A DNA stretch of 64,000 bases from a bacterium (GTDB lineage: Bacteria > Krumholzibacteriota > Krumholzibacteriia > LZORAL124-64-63): positions 389,141 to 453,140 of the forward strand of contig JADJCK010000001.1 in the NCBI GenBank assembly GCA_016703265.1. Reading direction: 5' to 3'. The position numbers and the translations under genes are program-made. Under the pieces are notes generated by a model. It was not told the origin of the DNA and did no database searches. It worked only from the letters and a program-made list of their open reading frames with translations. Within the stretch, counting starts at the first letter, position 1, and each line of letters begins with the position of its first letter. Below are positions 20,198-29,156 of the stretch, in pieces.

Positions 20198-20559
20198 TCC
20201 AGGCCGCCTTTGCGCCAGATGTAAACGAACCCGACCACGAGCACGGCCACGAAGGCCCCCATCTCGGCCAGCGCGAAGGCGCCATGACCGGCCGCGACCA
20301 GATCGCGGAACGTGATCACCCACGGGTAGAGAAAGACCGCTTCCAGGTCGAAGAGCAGGAAGAAGATCGCCACCAGGAAAAACCGGACGAAAAAGCGGAT
20401 CTGGGTGGTGCCGCGGACCGGGACACCGCACTCGTACGTCGAATCCTTCAGTGCCGAGGGCCGGCGGGGCCCCAGCCAGAAGCTCAGGCCGAGGAACAGC
20501 CCCGAGAAGGCGGCCGCAACGGCCAGGACCAGCAGCACGGGCATGAACTGAGCGAACAT
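20188..20559 (-). CDS. nuoA: NADH-quinone oxidoreductase subunit A
   Basis: 123 aa protein with three TM helices, first gene of the operon. Confidence 0.85.
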   Translation of the reverse strand: MFAQFMPVLLVLAVAAAFSGLFLGLSFWLGPRRPSALKDSTYECGVPVRGTTQIRFFVRFFLVAIFFLLFDLEAVFLYPWVITFRDLVAAGHGAFALAEMGAFVAVLVVGFVYIWRKGGLEWQ

Positions 20560-20938
20560 CGCGACTCTCCGGGCAGAAGACGTGGCACGAGACGATTCTC
20601 TGGACAGTTCTCCGGGCGGAAGACGGTGCCGCAGGCCGGTAAAGACCCGACTGTTGCCAAAATAACAGAGCGAAAGAGGGTGTCAATCACGGGGTTGCGT
20701 CGATGGTCGATCTCCCGCCCGGGGAGGATGATTTCCGGTCACCAGCGGGCGCGACGCCACCTGGCTGCGGGGTGCGGGCTGGAATACGACACGACCAAGC
20801 CTTTGCCATACGTCAAGTTACGTGAATTCCGCAGTCGACCCCGGTTCCGGCCGGTCGGCACGATCGTTGCGCTGCTCCCGGCGACATGCGCCAGCCTGCC
20901 GCCCGGCGGCAGGGGAACGTCCAATCGGGAGTGGATCC

Positions 20939-21691
20939 ATGAACGATGCCCGACTTCAGGCCGCGACGGAGCCCGCCGCGGATCACCGCCTGGCCGAGCT
21001 GGTCGCCGCCGGCACCGCGGCACTCGAAGCCGGCGACCTGCGCCGCGCCCTGGGCGCCTACCAGGCCGTCATCGACGCCTTCCCGGACCGCCCGGAAGGG
21101 CACAACAACCTGGGCGCCCTGTGGGCCTCGCTGGGCGAATGGAACCGTGCGGAGTCCTGCTTCGATCGCGTGGTGGCGCTTCTGCCCGAGAACCCGCACG
21201 TGCTCTACAACCGCGGCGTGATGCGCAGCCACCTCGGTCGCTTTGCCGATGCCGGCGCCGATTTCGCCGCCGCGCTGACGCACGCCCCCCACGATCCCGA
21301 CCTGCACAACAACCTGGGCGTCACCCATTTCCAGCGCGGCAATCCGGACGGCGCCCGCCGCCATCTCGAGGCCGCGCTGCGCCTGCGCCCGGACTATGCC
21401 AACGCCGTCCTCAACCTGTGCGACGTGGACGAGTCCTGTGACGACCTGCACCGTGCCGTCCGGCGCTGCAACGATTTCCTGGGCTCGTACCAGAGTGCCC
21501 CGGTCCGTCGCCGCCTGCTGGAACTGCACGCCATCGCCGGTTCGGCGCACCTCGATGCGGCCTGCGGCACGGCGGAAGCCCTGCTGGCGGCCCACCCCGA
21601 CGACACGCCGATCCGCCAGCAGCTCGGACGCCTCATGAGCGCCCGGCACGCGCTGGCCGAGAACGCGCAGCGCGCCCTGGCCGAGGCCTGA
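20939..21691 (+). CDS. tetratricopeptide (TPR) repeat protein
   Basis: Repeating A/L-rich TPR-like 34-mers (NNLGALWASLGEWNRAESCFDRV..., NNLGVTHFQRGNPDGARRHLEAALRL...). ATG with a GGGAGTGG RBS. A hairpin-plus-CTTTCC terminator follows at 21716-21760. Confidence 0.7.
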   Translation: MNDARLQAATEPAADHRLAELVAAGTAALEAGDLRRALGAYQAVIDAFPDRPEGHNNLGALWASLGEWNRAESCFDRVVALLPENPHVLYNRGVMRSHLGRFADAGADFAAALTHAPHDPDLHNNLGVTHFQRGNPDGARRHLEAALRLRPDYANAVLNLCDVDESCDDLHRAVRRCNDFLGSYQSAPVRRRLLELHAIAGSAHLDAACGTAEALLAAHPDDTPIRQQLGRLMSARHALAENAQRALAEA

Positions 21692-21860
21692 GCAGCGTTC
21701 GATTCCATCTCCGAAAGCCGCGCCGCCGCCGCCCCCACAGGCGGCGGCGCGGCTCTTTCCGGCAGGGCGAAGGTCGCGGCATTGCGGCCGAAGGTCCGGT
21801 GTGTGATCGTGACCCAGGTTGCGCCCTGATGCCGCGGCGCGGCCCACCGGAAGGAATCCC

Positions 21861-22751
21861 ATGCAGGTCTACCTGAACGGACAGTACATCGATGCGGCGG
21901 AGGCACGCGTCTCGGTGTGGGACGGCGGCTATCTCTACGGCGACGGCATCTACACCACGTTGCGCCTGTATGCCGGCCGGCCGCTCGACCTGCCCGCCCA
22001 TCTCGAACGCCTGCGCCGCCACGCGGCGGCGCTCGAACTGCCGGTGCCCCTCAGCGACGAGCAGACGGGCACGATCATCGAGGCGCTGGTCGCCGCAAAC
22101 GGACTGCGCGATCACGACGGTCGCCTGCGCATCACCATCAGTCGCGGCGGCGACCCCGATGACCCGCTGCCGCTGCGCGATCTCGGGCGTCTGACACCGA
22201 CGGTGCTGTTCACGCTGGCGCCGGTGCCGGCCTCGCTTGCCGAGTGGGCCCAGGGCGGCATCCGGGCCTGCCTTCTGGAGCCGGGCTCGGCGCGCGGCAA
22301 CCTGCCCCACCTCAAGACGCTCAACGGCCTGCCCGCACTGCTGGCGCTGCGCCAGGCCGCCGCGCGCGGCTGCCAGGAAGCGATCCTCGTCAGCGAGGAC
22401 GGCCGCCTGCTGGAAGGCGCGGTCAGCAACCTGTTCCTGGCGAAGGACGGCTGCCTGGCGACACCCGCCGGCGCCGAGGGCCTGCTGGCCGGGCGCACGC
22501 GCGAACGCGTGCTTGCATTGGCCGCGGGGCTGGGCCTGGCGTGCGAGCGGCGGCGCCTGCTGCCCGATGACCTGCGGGGCGCCAACGAAGCCTTCACCGC
22601 CAGCAGCGTGCGCGAGATCCTGCCGGTGGTCGCGGTGGACGACGCCGAGATCGGCGACGGACGGCCGGGGCCGTTGACGCGGCAGTTGCAAGCGGCCTAT
22701 CGGGAACTGGTGGCTGGTGCGGTGGCGGGCGAAGATCCGCGGCAGCCGTAG
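21861..22751 (+). CDS. class IV aminotransferase (branched-chain/D-amino-acid aminotransferase or ADC lyase family)
   Basis: 296 aa protein with the fold-type IV PLP signature context (VSVWDGGYLYGDGIYTTLR, EAILVSEDGRLLEGAVSNLF). GGAAGGA RBS. Confidence 0.8.
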   Translation: MQVYLNGQYIDAAEARVSVWDGGYLYGDGIYTTLRLYAGRPLDLPAHLERLRRHAAALELPVPLSDEQTGTIIEALVAANGLRDHDGRLRITISRGGDPDDPLPLRDLGRLTPTVLFTLAPVPASLAEWAQGGIRACLLEPGSARGNLPHLKTLNGLPALLALRQAAARGCQEAILVSEDGRLLEGAVSNLFLAKDGCLATPAGAEGLLAGRTRERVLALAAGLGLACERRRLLPDDLRGANEAFTASSVREILPVVAVDDAEIGDGRPGPLTRQLQAAYRELVAGAVAGEDPRQP

Positions 22752-22828
22752 AACAGAGGTGCGGGCGCCCAGGGAATCCGGAACGCCCGCACATTCCGTT
22801 TATACGCCGGCTCCGCGCCGGCACGGCT

Positions 22829-25009
22829 TCACTTGAGCAACGTCAACTTCACCAGTTCACGTTCTTCTCCGTGACGCAGGCTTGCCAGGTAGAGCCCCGC
22901 CGCCAGCGGACGCCCGGCGTCGTCGCAGCCGTCCCACACCTGCCGGTGCGTTCCCGGACCCAGCCGAGTGGCGGCCAGCAGCGTGCGCACGTGGCGACCA
23001 CGCACGTCGACGATCGCAACGGCCACTTCGGCTTCGGTATCGAGGTTGAAAGAGATCGTCGTGCGCGGGTTGAACGGATTGGGTGACGCCGAGAGCACAG
23101 GGACGGATGCCATCGGCATGGCCGCGTCGGCAGCAGTCGCCAGGCAGGCCGGCTCGGTCATGACGAGGCCCTTCTCGACGGTGGTGACGAAGAGCGTACC
23201 GTCGGCGAGAACAAGCCGCTCGGTGTAACCGGCCAACCCTGCACTGCCGAGAAGCTCCGGTTGCGCCGGATCGCGCACATCAAAGGCCATGATGTCGTGA
23301 TCGCCGGATGCCGAATAGAGCACGTCGCCGGCCAGCAGAAGGTCGCCGGAAAACGGAGCCCGGGGCCGCCACGCGACGACCGACGGATGCGCCGGGTCGG
23401 CGACGTCCAGCACCGACAACCCGTCCTCGAAGCTGCCCACGTAGGCCAGATCGCCCGCGAGTACCAGCCCGCTGGCAAGGTCGTTGTTGAGCCAGGTGCC
23501 GAGCACCACCGGCGCCGCCGGCTGCATGAAGCCCACCAGACAGACGCCACCGAGTCGGCTCACAAGCGCCCGATCGCCGTCGGTCGCAATGTCGCCGGGG
23601 GACGGCACTGAGACTGAACCCAGGACTGTCGGCGCCCGCCAGTCGGCAACATCGAGGACGGCAACTTTATCGGGAGTGCCGCCGGAGACAGTAGCGATGA
23701 GTCGGCTGCCCGCAAGCGCCGCATGCGTGACATATCCGTTGAAAGGCACGGTCACGACCAGCGACGGCTGGTCGGGATCCGTCAGGTCGATCACATGGAG
23801 TCCGCCCGCTCGGGCCGCCACAAAGGCATGGTCACCGGCCAGCGTGATCGTGGCCAGATCGCCGGTCAGTGGCAGGCGCGCCAACTCCACCGGGTGGAGC
23901 GGGTCCGTCACGTCCAGCGTGAGCAGCCCCTCGAAATAGTCGAGCCCGTAGGCCCGGTTGCCGGACACCGCGAAGTCGCTGAACCCGCTCGGCGCCAGGT
24001 ACCAGCCGAGCGTGGCGCTCGGTACCGGCTGGGCCAGGCCCACCACGCGCAGTTCGTCCGAGCCGGCGACGAAAGCGACGTCTCCGGCGAGCACGCAGTC
24101 GTATGAAATGCCGGGCAATTCTACGAGATCCGACACCGCGGGCGCCAGGGGCGCGGTCGTGTCCACCGCCATCAGGCCCGTGTTGCAGACGCTCAGCCAC
24201 AGGCTACCAACTCGACCTGACAACGAAGTAGCGAAGTCCGGCAGTTCGACAGCACCGGCAAGCACGGGTGCGGCGGGCACCGCGATGTCGAGCGCCAGCA
24301 GCTGCGCGTCGTACGTCGATGCGTACAGGAAGCCGTCATGGACGACCAGCCCGATCACATCGTGGCCAACGTCCAGCATCGTGCCCGCGACGGGCAACGC
24401 GGGATTGGTGACATCGACCGGCAGAATGCCGCTTAGCCTGCAGCCGACGTACGCCCAGTTGCCATGTCGCACCACGGCTAGCGCGCCCACGGCCGCGCCC
24501 AGTGTGGCCGTGACCTGCGGTTGCGCCGGGTCGCTGATGTCGCAGATGACCAGGCCGCCGGTTCCAGCGGCAACGATGGCCAGACCGTCGGCGAACACCA
24601 CATCGGCAGCACCACCCGGGAACGGCAACGCGCCCACGAGCACGGGCACCGGCCCGGCGGTCAACGAAGCGATGCGCAGCCCGTAGCCGCTGATCCCGAT
24701 GAGCAGCGATCCATCGACAACTGTCAGATCGCTGACGGAGCCCGTGAGAGGAAGCGTGCCGAGAGGGTTCGGCGACAGCGGATCACTGATGTCATAAGCC
24801 CGGATAGCTCCGTTGCCGGCGACCCACGCACGATCGCCATCCACCGCGATCGCCGTGGAGTAATAGCCGTCACCCGCGAACAGCAGTTGCGGTACTTCAG
24901 TGGAAACCTCAAAACATCCGGTAGCCCCGGCCCCCGTGGCGGATAGCCCGATCGCGGTGCAAACACATGCGCAAAGCCGGATGACGTGCCGCGTTAACCC
25001 ATGTCGCAT
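22829..25009 (-). CDS. secreted LVIVD-repeat beta-propeller protein with T9SS-type C-terminal sorting domain
   Basis: Signal peptide, then many roughly 45-aa repeats of the form LAGD.AYVG...GL.V.DV.DP..P (LVIVD repeat). The C-terminal approximately 80 aa (SPNPFNPRTTISFNL...GRHVRTLL...HRQVWDGCDDAGRPLAAGLYL) resembles Por_Secre_tail/FlgD-Ig-like domains. Confidence 0.75.
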   Translation of the reverse strand: MRHGLTRHVIRLCACVCTAIGLSATGAGATGCFEVSTEVPQLLFAGDGYYSTAIAVDGDRAWVAGNGAIRAYDISDPLSPNPLGTLPLTGSVSDLTVVDGSLLIGISGYGLRIASLTAGPVPVLVGALPFPGGAADVVFADGLAIVAAGTGGLVICDISDPAQPQVTATLGAAVGALAVVRHGNWAYVGCRLSGILPVDVTNPALPVAGTMLDVGHDVIGLVVHDGFLYASTYDAQLLALDIAVPAAPVLAGAVELPDFATSLSGRVGSLWLSVCNTGLMAVDTTAPLAPAVSDLVELPGISYDCVLAGDVAFVAGSDELRVVGLAQPVPSATLGWYLAPSGFSDFAVSGNRAYGLDYFEGLLTLDVTDPLHPVELARLPLTGDLATITLAGDHAFVAARAGGLHVIDLTDPDQPSLVVTVPFNGYVTHAALAGSRLIATVSGGTPDKVAVLDVADWRAPTVLGSVSVPSPGDIATDGDRALVSRLGGVCLVGFMQPAAPVVLGTWLNNDLASGLVLAGDLAYVGSFEDGLSVLDVADPAHPSVVAWRPRAPFSGDLLLAGDVLYSASGDHDIMAFDVRDPAQPELLGSAGLAGYTERLVLADGTLFVTTVEKGLVMTEPACLATAADAAMPMASVPVLSASPNPFNPRTTISFNLDTEAEVAVAIVDVRGRHVRTLLAATRLGPGTHRQVWDGCDDAGRPLAAGLYLASLRHGEERELVKLTLLK

Positions 25010-25246
25010 GATGACCTCCCATGCCATATGTCGTCTGCAGATGCCCCGCCGCGGCGGGTTCGGTGGGGCCCCATTGCCCCCGGCCGGCAGGTATGCAGGG
25101 ATTGTTCCCGCGATAACGACTATGGATATCGGCCGGAACCGCCCGAACTGAAGGAAGTGGCTACCGGCGCCCTGTCCCCTCAGGCAGGACGCAGAACGAC
25201 CGCCCTCCCTGCGGAGAGCGGCCGTCGCTGCGCGGTGAACCGCGGA

Positions 25247-25861
25247 TCAGAAATCGAAGCTCGTGTCCTGCACCTTGAACGTGTTGAAGTCGTCCTGCTC
25301 GGTGGTCGGCAACTCGTTCTTGATCTCGCGCGGCAGCGGCGGCGCGCCGGCCAGGACCAGCTCATCCTTCAGGCTCGCCAGGTCGACGTACTCGTCGGCG
25401 GCGGCGATCAGGTCGGTGCTCGTCATCTCGCGCAGACCACAGACTTCCACGTGCTTGCCGCGGCGGGCCAGGGCCGCCACGAGCGGCTGGAAATCGCCGT
25501 CGCCCGTGCACAGGACCACGCTGTCCAGGTGGTCGGACATGTCCAGGACGTCGATGGCCATCTCCATGTCGAGGCTGCTGCGCACACTGCGGGTGCTCGT
25601 GTCCATCTCGTTGAAGTTGCGGACTTCCTTGGTCACGACGGTGAAGCCGTTCAACTTCAGGAAATTGATGAAGTCGATCTTGCCTTCGGACTGGTTGCTG
25701 ATCGCCGTGTAGAAATAGGAACGGACAAGGCGGCGGTCTCCCGCCAGGCGCCGACACAGCTTCAGGTAGTCCATCCGCATATTCATGTGCTTGGCACTGT
25801 AGTGGATGTTCTCCCCGTCGATGAATACGGCGACGCGATCCAGGGGACTGTGCTGATACAT
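25247..25861 (-). CDS. NYN (LabA-like, PIN-related) domain protein
   Basis: 204 aa protein: VAVFIDGENIHY...LCTGDGDFQPLV matches the NYN/LabA pattern of acidic residues. An AT-rich upstream region (25960-26010) is a likely promoter. Confidence 0.7.
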   Translation of the reverse strand: MYQHSPLDRVAVFIDGENIHYSAKHMNMRMDYLKLCRRLAGDRRLVRSYFYTAISNQSEGKIDFINFLKLNGFTVVTKEVRNFNEMDTSTRSVRSSLDMEMAIDVLDMSDHLDSVVLCTGDGDFQPLVAALARRGKHVEVCGLREMTSTDLIAAADEYVDLASLKDELVLAGAPPLPREIKNELPTTEQDDFNTFKVQDTSFDF

Positions 25862-26056
25862 GGACCTTCACCCCTTTACGGTAAATGGGCCGGATGGCCG
25901 GCCAGCCGGGCGAGTCGAAGGCGGCCGTCGAGCCAACCGGCTCCCGTGCCCCCTTCTTGCGGCGAATATTAGTTATTTCGCCTTTGATTCGCAATTCCTT
26001 TACAAAGGCGCCGGCGGCCATAAACCGCCAGCGCCGGATGTCGTCGTCGCAAGTGC

Positions 26057-29000
26057 TCAACTGACGGCAGGTTGTCCCGCAGGCTGCAGGTTCTCCGTGA
26101 TGCCGTCCGTCGGCAGGCGGGAACCCGCCAGACGCGCCCGCCAGATCACCGCCAGGCGGTAGTAGGTGGGCATCACGAGCAGCGTCAGGATGGTGCTCGA
26201 GGCCAGGCCGCCGCTGATGGCGCGGGCCATCGGATAGTACTCGGCGTTGCCGACATGGGCGCCGCTGGCCAGCGCCAGGGGCAGCAGCCCGAGGATCGTC
26301 GTGCCGGCGGTCATCAGGATCGGGCGCAGGCGGTCGGCACCGCCCTCGAGCACGGCCTCGTCCAGGCTGCGGCCGGCCCGCTGCAGGCCCTCCAGGCGGT
26401 CGACCAGCACGATGCCGTTGTTCACGACCACGCCGATCAGGATGACGATGCCGATCATCGCCATCAGGTTGAACGGGGTACCGGTGGCCATCATCAGCCA
26501 GAACACGCCGAGAGCAGCAAACGGAACCGTGCCCATCACTACCAGCGGCAGCATCACCGACTCGAACAAGCTGGCCATCACGAAGAACACGCAGGCCAGC
26601 GCCAGCAGCATGTTCAGGCCCATTTCATTCTGCTGCTGTTGCGCGCGACGGATCTCGCTGCCGAAATTCCAGCCGTAGCCCAGCGGCATGGTCAGCGAAT
26701 CCATGACCGGGCCCACCGCCTCCAGCGCCTCGTCGAGACGGTCGCCCGACCAGGTGCCGCTGATGGTGATGCCCGAGCGCTGGTCGCGCCGGAAGATGCG
26801 CTCGGGCCCGTGGCCGAACGTGAAATCGGCCACCTGGTTCAACTGCACCGGTTCCCCGCCGAGCGAGCCGACGGGCAGCAGCGCCAGGTTCTCGAGCGAC
26901 TCGCGGTCCTCGGGCAGCAGCGAGATGACGAGGTCGATCTCCTTGTCGCCCGTCTGCAGGCGCGGCAACTGCACGCCGCGGTAGGTGAGCCCCATCACGC
27001 GCGACACGGCCCCGGGCGTCACGCCGAACCGGCCCGACTGCACCGGGTCCACGCGGACCTGCACCTCGGCCCGGCCCGCCTCGTCGTCACTGCGCAGGTC
27101 GCCGATGCCCTCGACCAGGGCCAGCCGACGCCTGGCCTCGCGCGCGTACTCCTGCAGCAGTTCGGTCTCGTCGCCGCTGATGGTCACCGAGAACGTCTTG
27201 GCACCGGCGTCCTGCCCCTGCTCGTCGCCGAAGCGGTACTCCACGCCGGCCTGCACGGGCAGGTTCTCGCGCAGGTCGTCGCGCACCTGCCGGAAGTACT
27301 TCTCGGTGACCACGCCGTCCCGGAAGAACAGCGTGATGCCGCCGCCGTCGGCGGCGTGGAACGAATAGATGTCGCGCAGGCCGAGTTCGGCACGACGCGT
27401 CTCCAGCCACTCCGAGGCGCGCGCTACAGCCACCCGCGAGGCTTCCTTGTCCACAGGCCCGGTGTAGTGGAACTGCACGCGAAGGTTCTCGCGCCGCATG
27501 CCGTCCTGGCCTTCCACGTCCGGCTTGAACTTGGTCAGCTTCATGGCCCCGAAAGTGACGACCAGCACCACCGGCACCAGCACCAGCGATGTCAGGAGCG
27601 GGTGCCGGATGGCGGTCCAGGTCAGCGTGCGACGGTAGCGCCCCTGCAGCCAGAGCAGCCAGCGCGGCTCCGGCGCCGGCATCGCGGCGCGCGAACCGCG
27701 CAGCGCCAGCAACGGCACGACCGTCAGGCTGACCAGCAGCGACAGGATCAACGTCACGCTGATGGTGACCCCCACTTCACCCAGCCAGACCGAAAGTTCG
27801 TCGGCACGGCTGATCACCACGGGCGCGAAGACGATCACCGTCGTCAGGGTCGAAGCGGTGATGGCCATCCCGACTTCACGGGTGCCCCGCACGACAGCAC
27901 TCAGGGGGCGGGCGCCCTCCAGCTGCCGCCGGTGGATGGCCTCCAGAACCACCACCGCATTGTCCACGAGCATGCCTACGCCCAGCATCAGGCCCATCAT
28001 GGTCAGCACATTCAGCGAGCGACCGCTCAGGTACATGAACACGCAGGTGCCGACCACCGAAAGCGGGATCGCCACAGACACGACCAGCGTCATCGACACG
28101 CGCCGCAGGAAGAAGAACAACACCGCGATGGCCAGCAGCGATCCCGACAACCCGCCCTGCAGCAGGCTGCGCAGTGAATCGGTGATCTGGTCGGCCTGGT
28201 TGAAGAAGGCGAAACTGTTGATACCCTGCAGCGCGGGGTCGTGGTTGATGCGCTCCAGTTCGGCCTCGATGGCGCGGCAGACGGCCACTGTATTCGCACC
28301 GGAAGCCTTCTGCACCCAGAAGGCGATGGCCGGCTCGCCGTTCAGCACGCGCCCGTACGACAACGCCGGGGCGCCGTAGACCACCTCGGCCACGTCGCCC
28401 AGCCGAAGCCCGCGCGGATCCACCGGCAACCCGGCCAGGTCATCGGCCCCTTCGAGCCCGCTGATGGTACGAACGTCGTAGCGCAGGCCCTGGTCGGTGA
28501 CGCGCCCCACCGTCAGTTCGACGTTGGCCGCTTCGAGGGCGCGGAACAGCTGGTCGAGGTCGACCTGGTGCTCGCGGATCTTGTCCAGTCGCAGGTAGAC
28601 CGAGGCCTGGGTCGGCAGCACACCGTCGATATTGACGCGCCCGACGCCCGGTATGCGCTGCAGCGGCCCGATGATCTTCTGGTCGATCAGGTCCCAGCTC
28701 TCGGACAGGTCGCGACCGCGCGCCGAGATGCGCCCCTCGATGACGGGGATGTCGCTGGTGTTGAAGGTGAGCAGGAAGATCTGCGGGATGTCGGCCGGCA
28801 ACCGGTCGCGGATCTGGTCGATCTTCTCCTTCACTTCCAGGCGCAGCAGGTTGACGTCGCGACCCCAGTCGAAAGTCACGCCAACCTGCACCTCGCCCGC
28901 GTCGCTGAAGCTGGAGATCTCCTTCACGCCGCCCAGGGTGGCGAGCACTTCCTCGAGCGGGCGTACGATCTCGCGCTCGTTCTCGGCGGGGATGCCGCCC

Positions 29001-29155
29001 TGGTAGGGCACATAGACGGCGATGAACGGGAACTCAACGCGCGGCAGGAAGTCGAGCGGCAGCTTGAACACCGAGACGGCGCCCAGAACGACCACCGAGG
29101 CGATCGCCATCGCCAGGGTCACGGGGCGCCGCAACGACAGGCGGGTCAGCCACAT
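26057..29155 (-). CDS. RND efflux transporter permease (HAE1/AcrB-MdtC-like), downstream paralog
   Basis: 1032 aa protein with a 12-TM RND architecture and two large periplasmic loops. The start lies 1 nt after the upstream RND gene stop. Confidence 0.9.
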   Translation of the reverse strand: MWLTRLSLRRPVTLAMAIASVVVLGAVSVFKLPLDFLPRVEFPFIAVYVPYQGGIPAENEREIVRPLEEVLATLGGVKEISSFSDAGEVQVGVTFDWGRDVNLLRLEVKEKIDQIRDRLPADIPQIFLLTFNTSDIPVIEGRISARGRDLSESWDLIDQKIIGPLQRIPGVGRVNIDGVLPTQASVYLRLDKIREHQVDLDQLFRALEAANVELTVGRVTDQGLRYDVRTISGLEGADDLAGLPVDPRGLRLGDVAEVVYGAPALSYGRVLNGEPAIAFWVQKASGANTVAVCRAIEAELERINHDPALQGINSFAFFNQADQITDSLRSLLQGGLSGSLLAIAVLFFFLRRVSMTLVVSVAIPLSVVGTCVFMYLSGRSLNVLTMMGLMLGVGMLVDNAVVVLEAIHRRQLEGARPLSAVVRGTREVGMAITASTLTTVIVFAPVVISRADELSVWLGEVGVTISVTLILSLLVSLTVVPLLALRGSRAAMPAPEPRWLLWLQGRYRRTLTWTAIRHPLLTSLVLVPVVLVVTFGAMKLTKFKPDVEGQDGMRRENLRVQFHYTGPVDKEASRVAVARASEWLETRRAELGLRDIYSFHAADGGGITLFFRDGVVTEKYFRQVRDDLRENLPVQAGVEYRFGDEQGQDAGAKTFSVTISGDETELLQEYAREARRRLALVEGIGDLRSDDEAGRAEVQVRVDPVQSGRFGVTPGAVSRVMGLTYRGVQLPRLQTGDKEIDLVISLLPEDRESLENLALLPVGSLGGEPVQLNQVADFTFGHGPERIFRRDQRSGITISGTWSGDRLDEALEAVGPVMDSLTMPLGYGWNFGSEIRRAQQQQNEMGLNMLLALACVFFVMASLFESVMLPLVVMGTVPFAALGVFWLMMATGTPFNLMAMIGIVILIGVVVNNGIVLVDRLEGLQRAGRSLDEAVLEGGADRLRPILMTAGTTILGLLPLALASGAHVGNAEYYPMARAISGGLASSTILTLLVMPTYYRLAVIWRARLAGSRLPTDGITENLQPAGQPAVS

Positions 29156-29156
29156 C

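Noticed and set aside
26072-28177. 701-aa plus-strand ORF
   Set aside because: It is antisense to the RND permease. Its composition (H/Q/R/D-rich) is not protein-like.
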